From the NCBI GenBank assembly GCA_051453625.1, contig JBOZIK010000001.1, positions 1,085,066 through 1,119,181 of the forward strand: a stretch of 34,116 nt of DNA, given 5' to 3'. The position numbers were made by a program, and so were the translations under genes. This DNA comes from Welwitschia mirabilis (lineage: Eukaryota). Below, piece after piece: positions 10,443 through 22,099 of the stretch; positions within the stretch are counted from its first letter, which is position 1, and every line of letters begins with the position of its first letter. The notes below the pieces were generated by a model that searched no databases, had not been told where the DNA came from, and was given only the letters and a program-made list of their open reading frames with translations.

Positions 10443-13400
10443 CGGGCGGTGATTGGTAGATTGGTGACGTAAGACATGCAAAAACATGGGGAAACACGCA
10501 CACGCCAACAGGTGGAAAACGGCATACCAACGTTATATTGCAAGTACTAAAAACATAATTGTTGCTTTTTTAAAAGAAGATTTAAACTGAGTTATATGGG
10601 TATATGGAGGCCTGGCATCGCTAACATCGCTAACAATACGAATGTTTTTAAAATAAGAGCTGGGGGAAATGCAAAATAATCTTATTTCTAATCTTCCCTT
10701 AGTTTATAAGTAAGTACTTTATTAGATGCAAAGCAAGTTATTTCTAATTTCTTGTCTTCATTTCAAGCAACTACTTTCTTCTTGAAGGAAAGTAACTATT
10801 ACTTTTTGTGATATATAACTAAATGTCATTTATAAGAATTAATATAAGAATTAAACATAACAATTGTAAGATTTGTGTCAATCGGATATTAGTCCTAGAC
10901 GGTTTTCAAGCTCTATAGTAAGTAATGTCTTATGCCTTTTAAACTAACATCACTTTGATCAAGGCATCATGGAAATTTCATTCTAGGGGAACATGAAGGT
11001 GTATGAGTAGGAATAAAGAGCTAATCTTCATGGTATCACTCTAAAGAGTTGGCCTTAGACAAGTGCAAGGAAACAAAATTTCTAAGATTAAAAGAAAAGG
11101 AAAAGAAACAACATACTAGTGCAAGAAATGAAAAAGGAGGATTAGAAAAAATTCATTTCTATAGAGGACAAAGGAAAAAGATTCAATAACGTGTTCTAAG
11201 AATTAAAGAAGAAGAGACTTGCAATATCCATTTAGATTTTAAAGAAAAGGTATTTTCAAATCCAAATAAATTCATAAGAGCCTCATTTTCTTTTCAATAT
11301 TATTTGTTCCCCTTGATAATTGAAAAGATGTGGGAAGATATCAAAAATATTGTTAAGAAAATCCAGCAAGAAGGCTACTTTGACTGTAGATCAAGGGATG
11401 ATAATCAAACCCATAAAAGAAGAGATAAAACTATTAATAATTTTATGTTTCATCAAGAGCCAGAATCGCTTACAGAATTAAGAAAGAATTAAGAAATAAA
11501 TAAAAGGTTAGTTGAACTTCATTCCAAATAATACATGTATGATATTTTGTTTTAAAAAAAGATAACATTGTGATATGATAGCAATGCACTAGAAATAGGA
11601 TATATTAAAGAGAACACAAGTAAGTTATGAATTTTAGAATATCTTAGGCTAAAATTGCCTTTGATAAATAGTGACTTAGTGAGAATAAGGATATTTATAT
11701 ATCAAAATAGGTATGTGGTTCTTGCTACAAAAGGTAAATACAAGATTGTTAAGAGATGAGAATAGGTCTAGAATAAGTTAGAGGATTTGATTTAGATCAT
11801 CTAAGTTCTTTATACCAATGAATAAGCTTAATATCATAAACAACTAGTGTATAAACATGCATAATGGTGAAAAAGAACTAATTATGAAGGAATGATAAAT
11901 ATGAAGTTTGATATAAGTGTTTTGCTAAAGTAAGTAATACCAATGTATTGTAAATCAATAATTTCAATGTGATCTTATATTATAATATCAAAGGAGGATT
12001 AAGATATAAGACACATAATGCTATGGTCTAGAATCATAGCTAAAAATATCTATATAGAGAGTGAGCATATTTCATATCACACAAGATCATCGCATGGATC
12101 CTTCAATTATTTTGGCCACATGTACATAGTGCTTTGTTTTGTGTAAAGAATAAACACAAAATCTAGATAAAGCCATTACACAACTTTATGTTGATGAGTT
12201 CTTCATTTTTACCTTTTTAAAAAGCTCCTAAAGTTGTATTTATTTTAAGAAAAAATTAAGTAAATAAATAAATAAATAACACCTTGATTTGTTAAAAAAT
12301 CGTTAAAGAATATAAGAAAAACACAGATAATAGTATGAATGCCTAACGAGAAAAGAAGAAACCACATAAGAAATGAAGTGATAAAAGTGATCACAAGAGT
12401 GAAAGAAATAACAAACTACATTTGTAATAAAGCTTATAGTCCATTGTTCTACTTTCTTGATATAACACCCGATATTGTATCTTATGTCTATCAATTGAAG
12501 CTATACTTGAATACTTAGATAGACATATGATTTTTATATTTTAAAGAAAACTAAAAAATTCCTAGTCATTGGGATAAATGCTATGTATTGGTAATTATAT
12601 CCAAAATAAGTTGTTAAGAATAACATGTGATAAAATATACTCCTTGATTAAGGAGAGACATGCCTAGCTCCTAAGGCAAAGGGTTGCATATTCTAAAGTA
12701 AAACAATTGTAATTTTAGAGAATCATAGTTATCATCTTTCATGAAAACTACAAACAATTTTAAATGCTTACTAACACATTCTTTTAAATCAAATTAAATG
12801 TTGATTTATATAGATTATGAAAAGCTTAAAAAGATTATGTAATGGATAAATACTTCTTCTTCTAAGCATAAAAAGTGATCATTAAAGAAATCCTTAGCAT
12901 GCCTAAATTATTAAGACCACAAATATTATCTACATGTCCTTAACATAAGTAATAATTCATTATAGACTTAAAATCTATCATAAAATAATTCATGAATCAT
13001 TTTTTAAAAACCTTAAATGGATACGAATTGCAAAAATTAGGACATGTAATATTAGCATAATATGACTACCATTTAGGAATGAATTATCTCACAACATCAT
13101 GTTACATAGAAATCATGAAAGATGTTCTAAATTCTAACACATTAATTATTTCAACCTTAAAATTATATCAAAGAATTGTAGAAATCATCAAACACCAAAA
13201 GATAGTTTAAGTTATTATTGTATTAAAAGTAATCATAAATGCATTAATGATAAAAGCCAATGATAGACTAAGAAAAACCAATGATCTATATCACAAGTGA
13301 GCTCATCATTCTTTTAAAATCANNNNNNNNNNNNNNNNNNNNNNNNNNNNNNNNNNNNNNNNNNNNNNNNNNNNNNNNNNNNNNNNNNNNNNNNNNNNNN

Positions 13401-13712
13401 NNNNNNNNNNNNNNNNNNNNNNGAAAAAATAGGTTCTTATATGGTAACATTAATAAGACTTCAAATCAATACTCTTATGAGGGAGGCTCTACTAGGGTTT
13501 TAGAGCTCTGCTAGGGTCTAGCAGATCTAGAGCACAAGAGGGAGCAAGGCTTGAAAGGCCGTGGATTGGCAGGGGCAGTTTCAGTCCCTCGTCATGGAGT
13601 ATTGGGGGCGATTTTGGCCACCAGGCAATCTTTCTATAAGTAAGTTGCAAAATATTTTGAAATCTTAGTTATGATCCATGTTTACAATTTTTTCGAGGGG
13701 TTTGGCTCCAAC

Positions 13713-14810
13713 ATGGAGAAGATTCAATTCTCAAAGGAAGGGGAATCCCTAGTTTTAAACATTGATAAAGATGCCTGCTGTGAGATTGAGAAGAAACTTT
13801 AGTATAGTTTCATTAGAAAGTTAGTCTTATCTGGCCCATGACTAAGGCTAGATTGGATCTATGAATGGGTGACAACTAAATGGACGGGAGTTAGTAAAGT
13901 TGATGTTATTGTTATGCTAGAAGGACTGGTGCTTTTCCAGTTAGACAATGAACGAGATCGAAATTAAATAATCATGAGAATACCTTGGTTCTTTGGATTT
14001 TAGGATCTTTCCCTAGCCAAATGAATGCCAGGGGTGTAATCAGACCCAAAACTCTTTAAGAGGCTGCCAATCTGGATTTGCATCCACAAGTTTCCATTAG
14101 AGTTTTGGGATGAAGATCTCTTAAGAAAAAATATTGCTCGTTTTGGTGAACTGATCAAACTAGATAGGATTATCATCAAATAGATGAGACTAGCTTTAGC
14201 CAAATTTTGTGTATGGATGAACCTAGAGGACACAAATAAGATTCAATCCATAAAGTTTAGATTTAAATGGAGTACATGTAAACTTAAAGTTACTTATGAG
14301 AGCCTTCTAGTCTTATGTAATGTTTATGGAAAATCGGGGCATATTTTGGGGAGATGTGTTTCTTCTGAAAATAAATGTTCACATTATGTAGAATAGGTCA
14401 TTTAAGAGAAGAATGTAGAAAACGATCGATTGACATTAAGGAAAAGCAAAAGGAAATCTGTACTTTTTGTGAAAAGACCAAACGTAATGAAAGCTTATGT
14501 TAGCATAAGAAAAGAAAGGAAAACACAGAAAAAGTACTACTATTTTTCTTAAGGAAACTAAGGACAGTAAGAAGAAGAAGGTACAGGAAAGGCAATACTT
14601 ACCCTTCCAACATCTTGTGGAAGAAGAATATACCCAACAAACACCAAATAGTAATGAACCTAATGATGTGAAAACTCAAATAAAAGAAAGGCCCAACAAT
14701 AGAACCCTTTAAGAAAGGGAAATGACAGAGAATATGGCTAATAGCTCTTAAGCCACCATTGAAGATACACTAAGAAAAGGTCAAGCATTCAAAAAAGGAC
14801 AAAAACACCC
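13713..14810 (+). pseudogene. LINE ORF1 remnant (DUF4283-like RRM region plus zinc knuckle)
   Basis: One frame from ATG 13713 gives MEKIQFSKEGESLVL...WIYEWVTTKW...PWFFG...LPIWICIHKFPLEFWDED...VTYESLLVLCNVYGKSGHILGRC with in-frame stops. The 3' end is approximate. Confidence 0.85.
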
Positions 14811-14813
14811 CCA

Positions 14814-17800
14814 TTGAATTGTATCACATGCAATTACAGGGGATTAGGTTCCTCCTATAAGAAAAAGACCCTAGGAAACCTTATCAGTCAATTTAATATT
14901 GATTTAGTTTATTTACAGGAAATAAAAATAAAAAATGATATGAAAATAATAAGTTTAGGGTAGTAATGGAATTCCTTTATCTATGTAATCCAAGGTAATT
15001 CTGGAGGCCTCATGATCTCCATAAAAAGGGAGGTAGATCTAATTAATAGTAGTAAGATCCACATCATAATTTTCCTTAAAGAAGAAGGCTGGACTATGAC
15101 AAACATTGATAGTTCCCAAAATAACCAAGATAAAGCCTCTATCTTAGAAGAATTATAGTGGACAATGATAGATAAATATAAATGGCTCATTGTAAGGGAT
15201 TTCAATCAATGCCTTTACCACTGGGAAAAATCAGGCAGCGATAATTGAAATTCTAGAGGAGCTTCAATCCTTAAAGAGTTTTTGGCAAAAAATTCTCTTA
15301 CAGAAATTAATATTGCTAGATGTAAGTACACATGATCTAATATAAGGGTAGGCAAAAATCTGATCATGTCCAAGATCGATAGAATTCTTGCTAGCAAGGA
15401 TTTAGCTAAGCTCTTGATTGAAGACTATGGCTTGAATAAGATAGCTTTGGATCACCATCCTATCAGACTCAGAGTGGGGGCAATTTTGCCCTAGAGAACC
15501 CCATTTCAAATGAAACAGTATTAGGTTAGTCAGATAGAGACTAAAACATTAATGGTAAAATTATGGGCCGAGTATGATGGAACTCAACCCATAACTTTTC
15601 TATACAGGGGTCTCAATACATTAAAAGCCCACATAAGAGATTGAAGAAGCAAAGATAAAGAGAGAATTGAGTTAAAAGCAGAACTTGAGAAATAAATCCA
15701 AAGAATTCAGACTAAGTAAGAGGAGGAAGGAGACTAAGATAGCCTACACAACAGGGAATATTAGTGCTTATTAGAACTCCAAGAAATAAATGCTAATGAG
15801 GAAAATTATTAGAGAGAACACTCAAGAATCAAATGGCTAAAAAAGAGAGATAAGCACACTAGGTTTTTCTTCCAGTAAGTCAACCAACACATATCAGACA
15901 ATAGGATTAGAGGGCTTACCATTAGAGGCCAAATAACAAAAAATGAATAGGACATAATCAAGGAAATGTAGGTCCATCTTATGAGAATCTAGAAATGGGA
16001 CGATATCGTCTTTGGCCTTATTCTGGAGAATAAGAGAATTTTTAATGAGGACAATTCNNNNNNNNNNNNNNNNNNNNNNNNNNNNNNNNNNNNNNNNNNN
16101 NNNNNNNNNNNNNNNNNNNNNNNNNNNNNNNNNNNNNNNNNNNNNNNNNNNNNNNNNAATCTAGAAATGGGACGATATCGTCTTTGGCCTTATTCTGGAG
16201 AATAAGAGAATTTTTAATGAGGACAATTCCTTGCTTATTAAACCATTGAGTAGAGATAAAGTTTTAGCTACTGTGAGGTCTATGAAAAACAATAGATCCT
16301 CTGACCCTAATGGGTGGCTAGTTGAAATTTTTAAATCTTACTTCTCCATATTAGGGGATAATATTCAGGACGTTATGCAAGAAGTTTTTTATAATAAGCA
16401 AATCCCTATGGAAATGAATAAAACTAGGTGGTTCTTATCCCTGAAAAAAGGGATGCCAGCAAAATAGAGGACTTCAGATCTTTAGATGTCTGTAATAGTC
16501 TTTATGGAATCTTCGCGAAAATCATTATTTGCTGAATTGCCCCTGCTTCCCAAGGTGATTTTAGAGANNNNNNNNNNNNNNNNNNNNNNNNNNNNNNNNN
16601 NNNNNNNNNNNNNNNNNNNNNNNNNNNNNNNNNNNNNNNNNNNNNNNNNNNNNNNNNNNNNNNNNNNNNNNNNNNNNNNNNNNNNNNNNNNNNNNNNNNN
16701 NNNNNNNNNNNNNNNNNNNNNNNNNNNNNNNNNNNNNNNNNNNNNNNNNNNNNNNNNNNNNNNNNNNNNNNNNNNNNNNNNNNNNNNNNNNNNNNNNNNN
16801 NNNNNNNNNNNNNNNNNNNNNNNNNNNNNNNNNNNNNNNNNNNNNNNNNNNNNNNNNNNNNNNNNNNNNNNNNNNNNNNNNNNNNNNNNNNNNNNNNNNN
16901 NNNNNNNNNNNNNNNNNNNNNNNNNNNNNNNNNNNNNNNNNNNNNNNNNNNNTTATCCCTGAAAAAAGGGATGCTAGCAAAATAGAGGACTTCAAACCTT
17001 TAGATGTCTGTAATAGTCTTTATGGAATCTTCGCGAAAATCATGATTTACTGAATTGCCCCTGCTTCCCAAGGTGATTTTAGAGAACCAAGTTGGCTTCA
17101 TCCAATCCAGGTATATCTAAGACCAAATCCTCTTAACTCATGAGATCATTCACTCTATTAAAAAATATAAATTTCTTCTTCTCATTGCTAAATTGGATAT
17201 TGCCAAAGATTATGATTTGGTCAGTTGTCATGTGTTAGGAAGTATCCTCAAGAAAACTGGTTTTCATCAAGATATCATTAATCTTTGGCTAGATATAAAG
17301 GAAGCAACCAAATTCAGTATAGAGGTCAAAATTCATAGATCAATTTTTTTTAATAGCTCAAGGATTAAGACAATGGGACCCTCTATTTGCATATCTTTTC
17401 CTCTTTGTGATGCATGTTTTACATGTCTTCTTAAGTAGTAATGGAGTTATAGGAATCAAAATTAGAGGTCAAACTTTTATCGATAATCACTATGCAGATG
17501 ATACCATCATTATGATCAAGGCTTCATGTCAGCAAGTAAAAGCTATTAATAATTTCATAAACCCTTTTAAGATAGCTACAGGTCTTCATACTAACTAAAA
17601 AAGTCAAGAATTCATACTTTTGGAAGAAATAGTATCAGAGGAGGTGAAATCACCCAAATCCTAAATGCAAGACTAGGAGACTCACAAGATATTTACGTGG
17701 GAATTCCCTTTGAAATTAGCACAAGATCCTCACCTGGAATTACATACTTAATTCCATTTAAAGATAGTCTAACTCATGACAGAATAATTTCCTCTCATCC

Positions 17801-19212
17801 AAAGCAAAGATCATCCTCACAAACTCATGTTTAGTCTCTTCTTTCCGATATATAGCTTCTGTTATTGGCCCTCGAGGAATATTATTCAAAAAATCAATAG
17901 GATATTGAAAGATTTTATATGGTCTAGAGGTGAAAACCAAAATCAAATTCATCTTTGTAAATGGGAGACAATAGCTCATCTAAAAGAATCAAGAGGATGG
18001 AGGATTCAGAAACCAGTGGATTAAATCCTTATTGGAGCTCATAGAATCTTAAAAAGACTAAATGAAGGAGGACAACCTTGGAGTAACTTGATCAATCACA
18101 AATACATAAATTAGAGCACTGCTCAGGGAGAGTCATACCTAAGAGAACACCTCAAAAAAGACCAAAAACAACTTTTAGAATTAAATATTTGTCAAATATA
18201 TTCTCTTAAAGAAATATGAAAAAGATGAATTATACAAGAAATATTAGAAGGGTCAAATTCTAGAAAAAATAAAAGTATTTTGTTAGTTAAAAGATTATCA
18301 TAGAGTTATAACTAGAGATAAACTACTCAAGAGGGGTTTTAAGTAAAAATAAACTATTCTGTCTGTCAATCATGTCCTAAAACTACACATCACTTATTTC
18401 ATCAATGCACTTAGTGCAAAGAATTAATAGTAATAATGAAGAAGTACTACCAGGCCTGCAACATTTCTGATACCTACTTAAATAACGGGATTTGTTTGAT
18501 GTACTATTAGATTTGGAGAATCAGAAATGATCTNNNNNNNNNNNNNNNNNNNNNNNNNNNNNNNNNNNNNNNNNNNNNNNNNNNNNNNNNNNNNNNNNNN
18601 NNNNNNNNNNNNNNNNNNNNNNNNNNNNNNNNNNNNNNNNNNNNNNNNNNNNNNNNNNNNNNNNNNNNNNNNNNNNNNNNNNNNNNNNNNNNNNNNNNNN
18701 NNNNNNNNNNNNNNNNNNNNNNNNNNNNNNNNNNNNNNNNNNNNNNNNNNNNNNNNNNNNNNNNNNNNNNNNNNNNNNNNNNNNNNNNNNNNNNNNNNNN
18801 NNNNNNNNNNNNNNNNNNNNNNNNNNNNNNNNNNNNNNNNNNNNNNNNNNNNNNNNNNNNNNNNNNNNNNNNNNNNNNNNNNNNNNNNNNNNNNNNNNNN
18901 NNNNNNNNNNNNNNNNNNNNNNNNNNNNNNNNNNNNNNNNNNNNNNNNNAGGGGTTTTAAGTAAAAATAAACTATTCTGTTTGCCAATCATGTCCTAAAA
19001 CTACACATTACTTGTTTCATCAATGCACTTAGTGCAAAGAATTAATAGTAATAATGAAGAAGTACTACTAGACCTGCAACATTTCTGATACCTACTTAAA
19101 TGACGGGATTTGTTTGATGTACTATTAGATTTGGAGAATCAGAAATGATCTGATTTTCAATAACATCCCCTTACCATTTCCTTTAAATACTGCTAGGAGA
19201 ATTAAATGCTAG
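14814..19212 (+). pseudogene. LINE ORF2 remnant (APE endonuclease, reverse transcriptase, zf-RVT region)
   Basis: Endonuclease motifs CNYRGLG...LVYLQEIK, VRDFN, SKIDRIL, LDHHPI; linker SRIKWLKKRDKHTRFF; RT motifs SSDPNG, QVGFI, KLDIAKDYDLV, RQWDPL, HYADDT (about 17488-17505); C-terminal DFIWS, HLCKWETI, RNDLIFNN. It is interrupted by stops, frameshifts and N gaps. Confidence 0.93.
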
Positions 19213-19233
19213 CACTTTTAAATAAAACTTGGA

Positions 19234-20379
19234 ATGGAAGCTACGTCCATCGTCGAGACATCTGATCTTGATTTCTTTGAAGGTTGCCTAGCCCTATGGA
19301 AAAAAGTGCAAGTTATGGAATAGGTAACCCTCTTACACAAGATTAGGGGAGATCAAGAAATCGATATTACCCCCTTTTACAAATGTTCGAGAGGAGAGCA
19401 TATAACTTACAAAAGAATCCCTATCGAAATAATTAAAGATTCACTCTTTAAACTCTTGAAGATTCTTGCAACTAGAGAAAGGATCTCTCTTAGAAGACAA
19501 GGGTAGTGGAAAGTACTTTACTTATTTCCTAGTAGGGTTCCTAAGTTACTAAGTGGATACATCATTCTAAAGGCACTATCAGCCCTATGGAGTTTAGGCA
19601 CAGAACTAGTTGACCAATATTTTGTCCAGTCTGGGAACTACTCTAAGCTCTCAGGCATTTACTTCAAATTTTTTAAAGCCCTAGACTTAGGGTGCCAAGT
19701 GAATTTACCTTTATTTTTTGTTTAATCCCTTAAAAAAAAAAAAGACTTCTTTAGACATTATGGATTAGTTTTGGCTCTTTGGCAAGTAGCTAATGAAATC
19801 AGGGTAAGAGAGGTCCCTTCATCTCCTTCATGATGATGCCAACATTAGACTTTACTAAGGAGATCTCTTAAGAGAAGGGCCATTATGGAAGGATCTCCTC
19901 AATTTGAGGAGAACGCTGTACAAGGTAGCCCCAGTCAGTGGGGCGTGACTTCACCCATAAACCACATAGAGGAGATAAATTTACCCCTAACCAAGCAAGA
20001 GACAACTTAAGAGACATCTTATGAGACAACTAGGGAGCCAATTTAAGAACATCCATAAGAGAGGCCCAACCAAGCCTCCGCTCCACCAACAAGAAGCCTT
20101 AGTCCTACCTAGAATTTAAGTATAAACTCTTCTTTAGTAGAAATGTAGCATCACTCTCAAGAGGACATAGATATGAATGTTTCTCATTGGGAAGTTATGC
20201 TGGCAACAATCTAAGGACTAAAGAGATGCCTCTTCATCACATTAGGAATATCCCATAGAGCCTTCCCTCAAGCCATCAAATTCAGCTATAAAAAGAATGT
20301 CCTTAGATTATATCCAAATAAAATCCTAGTAGGTGTTGAAGAATTCAAAAAAGTAAATCAGACTTTGATGTGCTACTGA
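19234..20379 (+). pseudogene. Extra ORF3 inside the LINE, resembling plant transposon accessory proteins (Transposase_32/PMD-like) followed by a low-complexity region
   Basis: A single frame from ATG 19234 gives MEATSIVETSDLDFFEGCLALWKKVQVME*VTLLHKIRG...LSALWSLGTELVDQYFVQSGNYSKLSGIYFKFFKALDLGCQVNLPLFFV*SLKKKKDFFRHYGLVLALW, then an S/P/E/T-rich tail. The family call is from recalled motifs only. Confidence 0.65.
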
Positions 20380-21332
20380 TGAAATGGATCATTTCTTACT
20401 AGAATACAAACATGGTAATCTTTTTCCTTTTTGTAGATAATAATAATCCTCCCTTGATCAATTCTTTCTCTAGCCTAAGTTAAGTTTTATCACCTTTAGT
20501 ACTTTGGAGCATTTTCCTCCCCAGCTGTAAGTTAGCAGTTTTTTCTAGTGGTTGATGCATAGTATTCTTCTAGATAGGTAGTTTTTTATCTTTAGTATGT
20601 TTTCCCAGGGGCACTTTCACCTCCAATTTTATTCTTTTTTTGATCCATTTCTAAACTTTCAATGGAATGTTTTTCCTTTCTTCGAACAGTTTAAACTTCC
20701 TGTCAAGTTAGGGCATTATCACCCCCCTATGTAAATTTTCTAGTTTAGTATACTTGCTATTTTTTAAAAAGAATAAGACTTTAAGTATAGCCTCTAGTTT
20801 AATTTAAAATTAATCATGTCAAACGACATAGACAAGATAGATAAAATATTAATTATAACAAAAATTTAGAATTAACTTAACTAAAGATATTTATAATGAA
20901 ATATTAATACAAATAATTTATCTATACCTTTTTAATAAATAATTTCATAGATATATTAACATTAAAACACTAATACAGAAGCTATAGTATCATTACAAAT
21001 CTCTTCATATGCATTGTAATATATTTTCATATGTTTCATAAGAATCTTATAAGCAATGTCTCTACATTACGCGTATTTCTATCTCCACATGCATTTGAAT
21101 AGATTAACCATTGAAAAACTTTCTAAATATCATGTCAAAAAAGTGCTTTATATCTCTAGATTTTCTTTAGATATGATTTATGAATACTTTAGCTATGAAA
21201 TCTTTGAAGTTTTTGGAACTTTTCACAATCTTATGAATATATTTTAACTATCAAAGCCATTCTAAGTCATATTTGTAACAATTCCAAAAACTTGTTTTTG
21301 AAACCATCATCTATTATGGTAAGTTCATCGTT

Positions 21333-21791
21333 TGTAATACATCATGAAATATTGTAATAACTATTCAAAGTATGTAACATTTATAGAATAACTATTTCTT
21401 AAAAAGTTGTATTATTTTACTATGATTAAATAAGGGATTTTGGAATGAAAAGGGTATGTATGTGACTTATACAGAAATACTGAATCCTTAATAAACTGGC
21501 CTGGCTCCTTGGTGGTTTCATAGACTAGACCTTAAAGGAAATATGATCTAGCCAAATTGGCTACCTAAGATCTTACATTTAACATAATGAAATTTCAAGT
21601 TAACTATCAAAAAATTAGGCAATAAAGATAAGTACTACCTTTTCTTTAAATATCTTATATTTTTACTTATTCAATAAAGATCTTTTCTTTCTTCTCCAAT
21701 CTTTTCTAATGTTCTTAAATGATGTTCTCAACTACTATTAAAATCTTTTTCTTTCTTATTTTAATTTTTAAGAGAAATTGAGAATGTCACA
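21333..21791 (+). repeat. Putative LTR (TGTAAT...TCACA); the left boundary is uncertain
   Basis: It ends in CA 2 nt before a PBS and contains AATAAA followed by a T-rich U5-like tract. Confidence 0.5.
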
Positions 21792-21793
21792 AT

Positions 21794-21805
21794 TGGTATC
21801 ATAGC
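21794..21805 (+). other. Primer-binding site (tRNA-iMet type)
   Basis: TGGTATCATAGC matches TGGTATCAGAGC at 11/12 and directly follows ...GTCACA-AT. Confidence 0.7.
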
Positions 21806-22099
21806 AAATCTATTCATACTAATATGTAAAAGATTTTTTGAAAATATAAAATTTCATTAACAAGCTTAACACCCAATACAAGCAAAAATAAAGTAAACTA
21901 CAAGAAACATCAAGGAGATAATAAATAGACCATAGTGGCTTGAGATTAAAAAAGACAACAAAAGTAATACATCACTAGGGGATCATTATTCTATGAACAA
22001 GAAGCCTCAGGCAAAGGATTGAGTGAGTTAAGGAGAATTTTACCTTCCTTGTCACTGAGCAATGAGTAGTCCAAGGTAAATAACTTAGTATAGTAATCA

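Larger units (their letters stand above)
13467..20771 (+). mobile_element. L1-clade LINE, near full length and degenerate (5' UTR, ORF1, ORF2, extra ORF3, T-rich 3' UTR, short A tail)
   Basis: ORF1 and ORF2 motifs lie in the expected order. Flanks AATAAGACTTCAAAT (13452-13466) and AATAAGACTTTAAGT (20772-20786) match at 13/15, with both differences transitions, and the second follows an AAAAAG tail. Confidence 0.9.

Noticed and set aside
7973-10543. Several antisense ORFs of 78-184 aa over the UMAMIT gene
   Set aside because: They are expected by-products of GC-rich coding sequence and show no recognisable motifs.
10900-12100. Possible very old gypsy integrase C-terminal remnant (YKIVKR...LEDL near 11740-11790)
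   Set aside because: Only a few residues match and the region is too decayed to support a call without a profile search.
15987-19152. Direct repeats inside LINE ORF2 (about 15987-16057/16158-16228, 16434-16567/16953-17086, 18329-18533/18950-19152)
   Set aside because: Each pair flanks an N gap and differs by only a few SNPs, which indicates unmerged contig overlaps or haplotypes rather than real duplications.
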